DNA of 55,613 nucleotides from Caulobacteraceae bacterium (GTDB lineage: Bacteria; Pseudomonadota; Alphaproteobacteria; Caulobacterales; Caulobacteraceae): assembly GCA_043784385.1 (NCBI GenBank), contig JAYVYH010000136.1, positions 1 to 55,613 of the forward strand. Direction: 5' to 3'. The number at the start of each line of letters is the position of its first letter. Within the stretch, counting starts at the first letter, position 1. The notes beneath the pieces were generated by a model, which did not search any database, was not told the DNA's origin, and saw nothing but the letters and a program-made list of their open reading frames with translations. Shown here piece after piece: positions 9,544 to 17,265 of this stretch. The position numbers and the translations under genes were made by a program.

Positions 9544-9975
9544 TCATTCCCTCCCGACCACCGTCAACCGTCGCGCCCGACGATGGCCGAGGATCGAGGC
9601 GGTCACGGCATCGAACAGTTCGACCGGCAGGAAGCCGAATGCGAACTGGTCGCGCCGATCGCGCGAGACCGGGCGGAGGTCGAATCCCGGCCAGATGAAC
9701 CGGTTGAGTTCCCCGGTGATGATCCACGATCGCGCCGCGTCGAGACCGAGGCGACGTTTGACGCTTGTGGGGACTTCGACGCCACCACCGGCCGCCGGCT
9801 GGGTGTGGGTCATCGGCGCGACATAGACCAAGGTGTCACCATCCTCGTCGGTGGTCGCCACCACGATCGCGCACGGCCGATCCTTGCGTCCTTCTATGTG
9901 GCCGGCGCGCCGCTGGTCGCGCCACAGATAGGCGTAGGAGATGACCAGGCCTGGCGCCGGCGTGGGAACCGCCAC
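9544..9975 (-). CDS. PemK/MazF-like toxin
   Basis: PGLVISYAYLW...EGRKDRPCAIVV...VAPMTHTQP...SWII..ELNRFIWPGFDLRP; directly downstream of a Phd antitoxin. Confidence 0.75.
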   Translation of the reverse strand: MAVPTPAPGLVISYAYLWRDQRRAGHIEGRKDRPCAIVVATTDEDGDTLVYVAPMTHTQPAAGGGVEVPTSVKRRLGLDAARSWIITGELNRFIWPGFDLRPVSRDRRDQFAFGFLPVELFDAVTASILGHRRARRLTVVGRE

Positions 9976-9979
9976 GGTG

Positions 9980-10237
9980 TCAGTCGTCGTCGTCCAGGCT
10001 GTAGCGGTGCTCGGGCGGTATCCGGGCGGCGGCGATCAGCGCCGCCTCTTCGTCGGAGAGATCCGCCGCGGCGATGGCGTCCCGACGACCTTGTTTGAGC
10101 GCGTGAAAAGTTTCGGCCGAGACGATGTAGACCGTTTCCCGGCCATATTTCGTCACCCGCACCGGCTCGCTGAGCGCGCGGTCATGAAAGGCGCCGAACG
10201 CCTTCTGAACTTCGGATGATGGGGCGGTGATCGACAT
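9980..10237 (-). CDS. Phd/YefM-family antitoxin
   Basis: MSITAPSSEVQKAFGAFHDRALSEPVRVTKYGRETVYIVSAE, acidic tail. Confidence 0.85.
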   Translation of the reverse strand: MSITAPSSEVQKAFGAFHDRALSEPVRVTKYGRETVYIVSAETFHALKQGRRDAIAAADLSDEEAALIAAARIPPEHRYSLDDDD

Positions 10238-10305
10238 GGCGTGAGCTTTCCCTGACTTACGGATGTTACGCAACATTTTCGGGTTGCGCAATCCGCCCCT
10301 GATCA

Positions 10306-10551
10306 TCACTCGAATGTCGGCGGCTCGCGGACAGGCTCGCGTGGCAAAGGCTCAAGATCGACCCCGCCATAGGGCGCGAAACGCGCCTGGATCGCCTCGG
10401 CCAGGTTTCCGGGCTCGACCGGCTCCGTACTGAGCGCAGAGCGCAGAATTATACGCGCTTCCTCCTCCATGGAGCGTCCATGCACCGCCGCCCGGACACG
10501 CAGGCGGGCCTTCAGGGGATCGTCGAGTTTGCGGATGGTGAGGCTGGCCAT
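10306..10551 (-). CDS. FitA-like RHH antitoxin (copy 2; no PIN toxin follows)
   Basis: MASLTIRKLDDPLKARLRVRAAVHGRSMEEEARIIL. Confidence 0.9.
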   Translation of the reverse strand: MASLTIRKLDDPLKARLRVRAAVHGRSMEEEARIILRSALSTEPVEPGNLAEAIQARFAPYGGVDLEPLPREPVREPPTFE

Positions 10552-10571
10552 GGGGACAATCTACACCGCAT

Positions 10572-10601
10572 TGACCGCGATGAATGCATTGATCGCGGTC
10601 A
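10572..10601. promoter_or_regulatory. probable FitA operator (copy 2), 30-bp near-perfect palindrome
   Basis: TGACCGCGAT-G-AATGCATT-G-ATCGCGGTCA, about 20 bp upstream of the fitA start. Confidence 0.65.
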
Positions 10602-10607
10602 CAGGCT

Positions 10608-10856
10608 TCAGGCCGCCGCCTCCAGTTCGCGGTTCGAGGCGCTGACCGAGAGCTCGCCGGAAATCAGCCGGGGGGCGATCAGGGCCAGGACCGGCTGGGC
10701 CTACTGGTCCGGCCGAAGGGCGGTGTTGGTCCATAATTGGTTGGCGGTCTGGAACAGCCGGCGCGACAGGTCCTGAAGATCGACGCCGCCCGACTTCGCC
10801 GCTGGCGGCGGTGCGGTGGCGGCCCGTGTTTGTGGCGCTGGCTTTGCCCGAGCGAT
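10608..10856 (-). pseudogene. in-frame fusion remnant of hsdM 5' end and hsdS 3' end
   Basis: DLQDLSRRLFQTANQLWTNTALRPDQ*AQPVLALIA (HsdM N-terminal-like) joined in frame to PRLISGELSVSASNRELEAAA* (HsdS C-terminal-like); TAG at 10701-10703; 5' boundary approximate. Confidence 0.75.
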
Positions 10857-11021
10857 GGAGGGTGAGGGAATAAGGCCCGCGACCGGCGGCGGCGAGGCTG
10901 GGCCATCCAGCCGCCATCCACGCCCGGAACTCGCCAGCAGCCGTTTCCCAACTCTCCTTCGGCCCTGAACCCCTTGTGGGATCGAGAGGCGGCGGAGATT
11001 TAGGTGTCCACCATTTGCAGA

Positions 11022-11050
11022 TTGACAATTGCCACACAAAGTCGCATATT
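11022..11050 (+). promoter_or_regulatory. sigma70-type promoter candidate
   Basis: TTGACA-17 nt-CATATT, 50 nt upstream of ATG 11100. Confidence 0.45.
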
Positions 11051-11099
11051 GCAATTATTGGTCCAAGCTCTATCTCACGCCTCCCCGAGACTCGCTGCC

Positions 11100-11240
11100 A
11101 TGCCCACCCTCGAAAACCCCCGTTATGATGCCTTCGCTCAGGCCCGCGCCAAGGGCTCGCTGCTGGTCAAAGCCTATGAGAGCGCCGGGTTCGCGCGCTA
11201 CAGGGGCCATCCCGGCCGCCTTGCCCAGAAGGATGAGGCG
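11100..11240 (+). pseudogene. remnant resembling a phage terminase small subunit N-terminal domain
   Basis: MPTLENPRYDAFAQARAKG...KAYESAGF...HPGRL; the frame then runs into low-complexity sequence antisense to hemB. Confidence 0.45.
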
Positions 11241-11549
11241 ACCAACGAGCGGAGACAACTAGACAAGGTTTTCAATGACTTGTCGAAGAAATTCGCGCCA
11301 GAAACGTTGCCGGAAAGGGCTATGGAGCGCCCTTCACCGCTCCTTGAGGCGCCCGCCGCCGCCCCGTCAGCGCCCCGCAAACGCCCCGGAGTCGCCCCGC
11401 GCGCTACCCACGGCCTCCTCGCCAGCGCCGAGATCTCTCCCATAGCGCTCCCCCGCCCCCTCCCACGCCATCACCGCGATTTCCGCCGTTCGGTGCTGTC
11501 GCCCCGCGCCCCGTGCAAAGCGGGCGCTAATCAGCGTGGTCACCGCCCA

Positions 11550-12566
11550 TCAGCCCCCCAGCTTCCGCGCCGCCAGCGGCGCGAAATAGGTGATCACGCC
11601 CGCGCAGCCGGCGCGCTTGAAGGCCATCAGGCTCTCCATCATCGCCCGGTCGTGGTCGATCCAGCCGTTGGCGCCGGCGGCGGCGATCATCGCGTATTCG
11701 CCGCTGACCTGGAACGCGAAGGTCGGCACGGCGAAGGTCTCGGCCACGCGCTGGACGATGTCGAGATAGGGCAGGCCGGGCTTTACCATCACCATGTCGG
11801 CGCCCTCGGCCAGGTCCAGCGCCACCTCGCGCATCGCCTCGTCGGTGTTGCCGGGGTCCATCTGGTAGGTGGCCTTGTCGGCCGGGTGGTCGGGCACCGC
11901 CGAACCCAGCTTGGCCGAGCCGATCGCCTCGCGATACGGGCCGTAGAACGCCGAGGCGTATTTAGCCGCGTAGGACATGATCATGGTGTCGCACAGGCCC
12001 GCGGCCTCCAGCGCCGAGCGCAGGGCGCCCACACGGCCGTCCATCATGTCGGACGGCGCCAGGATGTCGCAACCGGCCTGGGCCTGCATCAGCCCCTGTT
12101 CGACCAGCCGCTCGATGGTCACCTCGTTGAGGATCTTGCCGTTCTCGATCACCCCGTCGTGGCCGTGGTCGGTGAACGGGTCCAGCGCCACGTCGCACAT
12201 GACGCCCACCTCCGGCGCGGCGTCCTTCATCGCCTTCACCGCCCGGGCGATCACCCCGTCCGGGTCGGCCGCCATGCCGCCGACCGCGTCCTTCCGAGAG
12301 CCATCGATCTGGGGGAAGATGGCGATGGCCGGAATGCCCAGCGCCCTGGCTTCGACCGCCGCCTTGGCCGCCTCCTTGACCGACAGCCGATCGATCCCCG
12401 GCATGGCCGCCACCGGCACGCGGCCTTCGCCCTCATGCACCACCATCGACCAGATCAGGTCGTTGGGCGTCAGCACGTTTTCGCGCACCAGTCGGCGTGA
12501 CCAGTCGGCTTGGCGCAGACGGCGCATGCGCAGGGCGGGGTAGGGGGCGAGAGAGGCTGAACGCAT
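11550..12566 (-). CDS. hemB: porphobilinogen synthase (Cys-free, non-zinc type)
   Basis: CDVALDPFTDHGHDG, APSDMMDGR, SAFYGPYREA, MVMVKPG. Confidence 0.97.
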   Translation of the reverse strand: MRSASLAPYPALRMRRLRQADWSRRLVRENVLTPNDLIWSMVVHEGEGRVPVAAMPGIDRLSVKEAAKAAVEARALGIPAIAIFPQIDGSRKDAVGGMAADPDGVIARAVKAMKDAAPEVGVMCDVALDPFTDHGHDGVIENGKILNEVTIERLVEQGLMQAQAGCDILAPSDMMDGRVGALRSALEAAGLCDTMIMSYAAKYASAFYGPYREAIGSAKLGSAVPDHPADKATYQMDPGNTDEAMREVALDLAEGADMVMVKPGLPYLDIVQRVAETFAVPTFAFQVSGEYAMIAAAGANGWIDHDRAMMESLMAFKRAGCAGVITYFAPLAARKLGG

Positions 12567-12743
12567 GAATATCCCGAGTGGTAGGCGCGGAGTCGCGGCG
12601 CGGGTGGCGCCGTCGCCCAGAATAAGAAGCGATCGCCAGTTTCGCAAACCCGCGCGCCGGGGCGCATTGCGGGACACGGCGGGAGCCGCTAGCCTCGGCC
12701 GATCCGGTGAATGGGCCGGACGGCTGGGTGCAGGGATAGCCGA

Positions 12744-14345
12744 ATGGTGGGTGCTACACGTGTCGGTCTGGGTCTGGGGCGAATGTTCCAGCGAAAGTCG
12801 GTTTTACAGATCCAGTCCGACCTTGAGCATGGCGAACTGAAGCGAACCCTGGGCGCCTTGAACCTTGTGCTGCTGGGTATCGGCTGCATCATCGGCACCG
12901 GCATCTTCGTCCTGACCGGCCTGGCGGCCGCGCAATATTCCGGCCCGGCGATCACCGTCTCGTTCGTGATCACCGGCACGCTCTGCGCGTTCGTGGCTCT
13001 CTGCTACGCCGAACTGGCCTCGGCCCTACCGGTGTCGGGATCGGCTTACTCCTACTCTTACGCCTCGATGGGCGAGCTGGCGGCCTGGGTGATGGGCATA
13101 TTGCTAGTGCTCGAATACGGCCTGTCGGCGTCCACGGTCGCGGTTGGGTGGTCGGGCTATTTCGTCAGCCTTCTGCAGGACTTCGGCATCAACATTCCTC
13201 CCGCCCTGACGGCAGCGCCCGGCGTCGAGGTCAAGGACGCGGCCGGCCATGTCATCGGCATGGGCATGATGAACCTGCCGGCGGTTTTGATCATCGCGGC
13301 GGTCACCTGCCTGCTGATCATCGGGGTGTCCGAATCGGCGACGGTTAACAACGTCATCGTGGCCATCAAACTGACTGTCGTGGTGGCCTTCATCGCCATC
13401 GGTTCAAGATTCGTCGACCCGGCCAACTGGCACCCGCTGGTTCCCGCGGAAATCCCCGCGCCGCCACAGGGCACACCCACCGATCTGCCTCACCAGATTC
13501 TTCGCGCCCTGGGCGACGTGTTCATGGGAACCCAGCATTCGAAATACGGGGTCGGAGGGGTGATTACCGGCGCGGCCCGGATCTTCTTCGCCTACCTCGG
13601 CTTCGAGGCGGTATCGACCGCCGGCGCCGAGGCCAAGAACCCGGCCAAGGACATGCCTTTGGGTATTATCGGCGCCCTGGTGGTGTGCACGGCGCTCTAC
13701 ATCGCCACCTCGGCGGTGCTGGTCGGCATCGTGCCCTACGCCCAGTTGGACACGCCGGCCCCGATCGCCCTGGCGGTCAATCGGATGGGCATGCCCTGGT
13801 TCGCCTTTCTGGTGAAGGTCGGGGCGATCGCCGGCCTGACCAGCGTCATGCTGGTTTTGCTCTATGGCCAGACCCGCATCTTCTACACCATGGCCCGCGA
13901 CGGCCTGATCCCCTCGGTGATGGCGGTGGTGCATAAGAAGTTCAAAACACCATGGATCAACACCATCGTCGTGGGGATCATCGCCTGTTCGGCCGCCGGC
14001 TTCCGCAGCCTGGACGATCTGGCCGATCTCTCGAACGTCGGCTCTCTGGCCGCCTTCGCCCTGGTCTGTATTACCGTGATTTTTCTACGCTTCAGCAGCC
14101 CCAATCTGGTCCGGCCGTTCCGCGTGCCACTTTATCCGGCGGTGCCGATCCTGGGCGCGGTGATGTGCCTGTTCCTGCTCAAGTCGATCCTCAACAAGCC
14201 ACAGACGGGACCGTTCTTCCTGGCCTATGTGGGCATCGGGTTCGTGCTGTATTTCGTCTACGGCATCTGGAACTCGAAGCTCAGTAAGGGGGTCGTTGTG
14301 ACCGGCCACGAGGCTTCACCGATGGAATACCCCCACGGCGAATAG
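12744..14345 (+). CDS. APC-family amino acid permease
   Basis: GCIIGTGIF, LPVSGSAYSY, FAYLGFEAVST, many TM segments. Confidence 0.93.
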   Translation: MVGATRVGLGLGRMFQRKSVLQIQSDLEHGELKRTLGALNLVLLGIGCIIGTGIFVLTGLAAAQYSGPAITVSFVITGTLCAFVALCYAELASALPVSGSAYSYSYASMGELAAWVMGILLVLEYGLSASTVAVGWSGYFVSLLQDFGINIPPALTAAPGVEVKDAAGHVIGMGMMNLPAVLIIAAVTCLLIIGVSESATVNNVIVAIKLTVVVAFIAIGSRFVDPANWHPLVPAEIPAPPQGTPTDLPHQILRALGDVFMGTQHSKYGVGGVITGAARIFFAYLGFEAVSTAGAEAKNPAKDMPLGIIGALVVCTALYIATSAVLVGIVPYAQLDTPAPIALAVNRMGMPWFAFLVKVGAIAGLTSVMLVLLYGQTRIFYTMARDGLIPSVMAVVHKKFKTPWINTIVVGIIACSAAGFRSLDDLADLSNVGSLAAFALVCITVIFLRFSSPNLVRPFRVPLYPAVPILGAVMCLFLLKSILNKPQTGPFFLAYVGIGFVLYFVYGIWNSKLSKGVVVTGHEASPMEYPHGE

Positions 14346-14355
14346 GGCGACAGAA

Positions 14356-16794
14356 CTGCTCCCGATCCACGACGCGCTGCCCAGATTGACGGCAGCGCTT
14401 AGAGCCGGAAACCGCGCCGTCCTCGTCGCCCCGCCCGGCGCCGGCAAGACCACCGGGGTTCCCCTGGCCCTGCTGGATGAACCCTGGGCGGCGGCGGCGG
14501 GCAAACTGATCATGCTCGAACCTCGCCGGCTGGCCGCCCGCGCCGCAGCCGCCCGCATGGCCGCCACTCTGGGGGAGGCGGTGGGCGAAACCATCGGCTA
14601 CCGCGTTCGCCTCGACACCCGCGTCTCGGCCCGCACCCGCATCGAAGTGGTCACCGAGGGTGTGTTCACCCGCATGATTCTCGACGATCCTGGTCTGGAA
14701 GGCGTGGCTGGGGTGCTGTTCGACGAATTCCACGAACGCAGCCTCGATGCTGACCTCGGCCTCGCCTTCGCCTTCGACAGTCAGAGCGTGCTGCGGGAAG
14801 ACCTGCGCCTGCTGGTGATGTCCGCAACCCTCGACGGCGCCGGGGTGGCGGCTCTGCTTGGCAATGCGCCGGTCGTCGAGAGCCTGGGCCGGATGCACCC
14901 TGTGGTCACCCGCTACCTGGGCAAGGATTCCCGCGCGCCGATCGAGGAGCAGGTGGCGCGGGCGGTCAGACAGGCCCTGGAGCGCGAGACCGGCGGCATA
15001 TTGGTTTTCCTGCCGGGCCAGGGCGAGATCCACCGCGTGGCCCGGCGGCTGGCCGAGGGCCTGAACGATGAGGGCGTCGACATTGCCCCTCTGTATGGCG
15101 CGATGGACGTGGCCGATCAGGACCGGGCCATCGCCCCATCGGCGCCGGCGGGCCGGAAGGTCGTGCTGGCGACGTCGATCGCCCAGACCAGCCTGACCCT
15201 GGAAGGTGTTCGCATAGTGATCGACAGCGGCCTTAGCCGCGTTCCTCGCTGGGACCCGGCGGGAGGAATTACCCGACTGGTAACCGTTCGGGCCTCGCGA
15301 GCGGCGGCCGACCAGAGGCGAGGGCGGGCCGGACGCACCGAGCCGGGCGTCTGCTGGCGGCTCTGGGACGAGGCCGAGACGCGCGCTCTTCCCGCCTTCG
15401 ACCGGCCCGAGATCCTGGAGACCGACCTGTCTCGCCTGGCCCTGGACCTGGCCCGTTGGGGGGCCGGCGACGGGGCCGCCCTGGCTTTCCTCGACCGCCC
15501 GCCGGTCGCGGCCATGGCCGAGGCGCGGCGGACCCTGACCGAGATCGGCGCGCTGGATGAGGGCGGCGCCCTGACGGCCCACGGGCAGGCCGTGGCCCAC
15601 CTGTCCCTACCACCTCGCCTGGCGCATATGGTGCTGGCGGGCGCCCGGGTCGGGCTCGGTCGCCGGGCCGCGCTGGTCGGAGCGCTGCTGACTGAGCCTG
15701 GCCTGGGTGGACGGGACGTGGATCTCGCCCATCGTCTCGACGGCCTGGCCCGGGACCGTGGACCCCGCGCCCGGGCGGTCGTCTCCCTGGCGGAACGCTG
15801 GGCGAAACTTGTCGACACCGGCTCCAAGGCGGCGGCGCCGAACGATGGCCTGCTGATAGCCCGGGCCTTTCCCGAACGGGTCGCCAAGGCGCGTGGCGCC
15901 CTGGGTGAGTTCCAGCTGGCCGGTGGCCGGGGGGTGTTTGTCGAACCGACCGATTCCCTGGCCCGCGAGGCTTGGCTGGCGGTGGCCGACCTCGGTGGCG
16001 GAGCGGCGCGGGACCGGATTGTCCTGGCCGCCCGTCTGGACGTCCCAACCCTTAAACTGGCCTTGGGCCTTCGCCTGCGATCCGAAGACCGACTGGTGGA
16101 AACACCCTCAGGCGCCTTGCGCGGTCAGCGCACCCTGCGCCTCGGCGAACTGATCGTTGAAGAAGGCCAACTGACCGACGCCGATCCCGAACTAATCGCA
16201 GCGGCGCTGATGGTAGAAGCTCGCCGGAGGGGCGTGGCCGCCCTCGCCTGGACGGAGGGCGCGGCGGTTCTGCGCGCGCGGGTCGCTTTTCTGCGAGCGA
16301 CCGATTCCGCCTGGCCGGACTTGTCCGATGTTGGTCTGGGCGAACGCCTTGAGGATTGGCTGGCGCCGCTTCTCAAGGGCCGGCGGTCGCTGCGCGAGAT
16401 CGCCGGGGCCGCGCTTCACGACGCGCTGCTCGGCCTGATCCCCTGGGACCTGCAACGCCAGTTAAATGACAAGGCGCCCGCGCGCTGGACCGCGCCCACC
16501 GGCTCGTCCTTCGCCATTGATTATGGCGCCGAGGGCGGCCCCAGGGTCGAACTTCGGGTGCAGGAGGTGTTCGGCCTTAAGGTCCATCCCACAGTGGGGC
16601 AGGGGACGCCGTTGACCATGGCCCTGCTTTCTCCTGCTCACCGGGAAATCCAGGTCACCAATACCCTGCCGGCGTTCTGGGCCGGCTCCTGGAGCGACGT
16701 GCGCAAGGAGATGCGGGGCCGCTACCCAAAACACCCCTGGCCCGACGACCCGGCGGTGGCCACGCCGACCAGCCGTGCCAAGCCACGAGCCTGA
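14356..16794 (+). CDS. hrpB: ATP-dependent RNA helicase HrpB (candidate CTG start 14356; first canonical start 14386)
   Basis: APPGAGKTT, DEFHERSL, MSAT, QRRGRAGR, GRYPKHPWP. Confidence 0.95.
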   Translation: MLPIHDALPRLTAALRAGNRAVLVAPPGAGKTTGVPLALLDEPWAAAAGKLIMLEPRRLAARAAAARMAATLGEAVGETIGYRVRLDTRVSARTRIEVVTEGVFTRMILDDPGLEGVAGVLFDEFHERSLDADLGLAFAFDSQSVLREDLRLLVMSATLDGAGVAALLGNAPVVESLGRMHPVVTRYLGKDSRAPIEEQVARAVRQALERETGGILVFLPGQGEIHRVARRLAEGLNDEGVDIAPLYGAMDVADQDRAIAPSAPAGRKVVLATSIAQTSLTLEGVRIVIDSGLSRVPRWDPAGGITRLVTVRASRAAADQRRGRAGRTEPGVCWRLWDEAETRALPAFDRPEILETDLSRLALDLARWGAGDGAALAFLDRPPVAAMAEARRTLTEIGALDEGGALTAHGQAVAHLSLPPRLAHMVLAGARVGLGRRAALVGALLTEPGLGGRDVDLAHRLDGLARDRGPRARAVVSLAERWAKLVDTGSKAAAPNDGLLIARAFPERVAKARGALGEFQLAGGRGVFVEPTDSLAREAWLAVADLGGGAARDRIVLAARLDVPTLKLALGLRLRSEDRLVETPSGALRGQRTLRLGELIVEEGQLTDADPELIAAALMVEARRRGVAALAWTEGAAVLRARVAFLRATDSAWPDLSDVGLGERLEDWLAPLLKGRRSLREIAGAALHDALLGLIPWDLQRQLNDKAPARWTAPTGSSFAIDYGAEGGPRVELRVQEVFGLKVHPTVGQGTPLTMALLSPAHREIQVTNTLPAFWAGSWSDVRKEMRGRYPKHPWPDDPAVATPTSRAKPRA

Positions 16795-16817
16795 CCATCG
16801 GGCGCGGCGCGGAGGGC

Positions 16818-17093
16818 TTAAGGGTTGGAGGGATTGGCCGGTGCCGGTCCGTCCGGCTTCTGGCGCGCGGGTTCCAGCGGCGTGTGACTGTTGTGGCCAG
16901 AAACCGCCGTTTTGGCGCCCAGCCGCGAAAACCCGGGGGCGTGATGGAGCCAGACTGCGGCGAGGCCGACGACAATCAGAGCCGTGGAAATAGCTAGCAC
17001 CCAGACGATCGGCCGCCCGGAACGGCCCTGGCGAGCCTGGACGACCGACAATTCGGGGCCGTGTTCTTTGGTCGATGAGTTAGCTTTGGCCAT
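16818..17093 (-). CDS. small single-pass membrane protein, likely general-stress regulon
   Basis: AAGGAG RBS; ARQGRSGRPIVWVLAIST + TM helix; GGAAC-N17-CGTT promoter upstream. Confidence 0.7.
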   Translation of the reverse strand: MAKANSSTKEHGPELSVVQARQGRSGRPIVWVLAISTALIVVGLAAVWLHHAPGFSRLGAKTAVSGHNSHTPLEPARQKPDGPAPANPSNP

Positions 17094-17105
17094 CCGGCTG
17101 CTCCT

Positions 17106-17207
17106 TCTAGTGGTCAGAATCAAACGCTTGAAACCGGGTTATGTGTCATATCTATTTGGAAAGAATAGGCATGCCTCGGACTCTTCCGTCTGATTTTGAC
17201 CACTAGA
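17106..17207. repeat. 102-bp palindromic intergenic element (MITE/CIR/BRU-RS-like)
   Basis: 21-bp terminal inverted repeats TCTAGTGGTCAGAATCAAACG / CGTCTGATTTTGACCACTAGA (2 mismatches), CTAG ends, two GANTC sites. Confidence 0.75.
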
Positions 17208-17216
17208 GACCGGTTA

Positions 17217-17242
17217 AACGTCCGAAGGATAGCCGCCGTTCC
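17217..17242 (-). promoter_or_regulatory. EcfG/SigT-type promoter
   Basis: Minus strand GGAAC-GGCGGCTATCCTTCGGA-CGTT matches the alphaproteobacterial general-stress consensus GGAAC-N16/17-CGTT. Confidence 0.7.
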
Positions 17243-17265
17243 ACGCTGGCGTCCCTTTGCGCTCG

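Larger units (their letters stand above)
8182..10635. repeat. diverged direct repeat pair: 8182-8510 and 10306-10635 (hsdS tail + operator + fitA)
   Basis: Shared GCGCTTCCTC..CCATGGAGCG, CAGGCGGGCCTTCAGGGGATC, GGACAATCTACAC.GCATTGACCGC, AGGCCGC.GC.TCCAGTT. Confidence 0.9.

Noticed and set aside
7590-10635. CRISPR array or true integron
   Set aside because: The repeats are long coding-derived duplications, not short spaced repeats; no cas, intI or attC pattern was seen.
4609-10703. Genetic-code reassignment of TAG
   Set aside because: TAG terminates intact genes here (e.g. 4122, 14345, 20325, 29021), and the affected genes also carry deletions.
11240-12500. Remainder of the 498-aa ORF 11004-12500
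   Set aside because: Low-complexity sequence followed by the antisense shadow of hemB.
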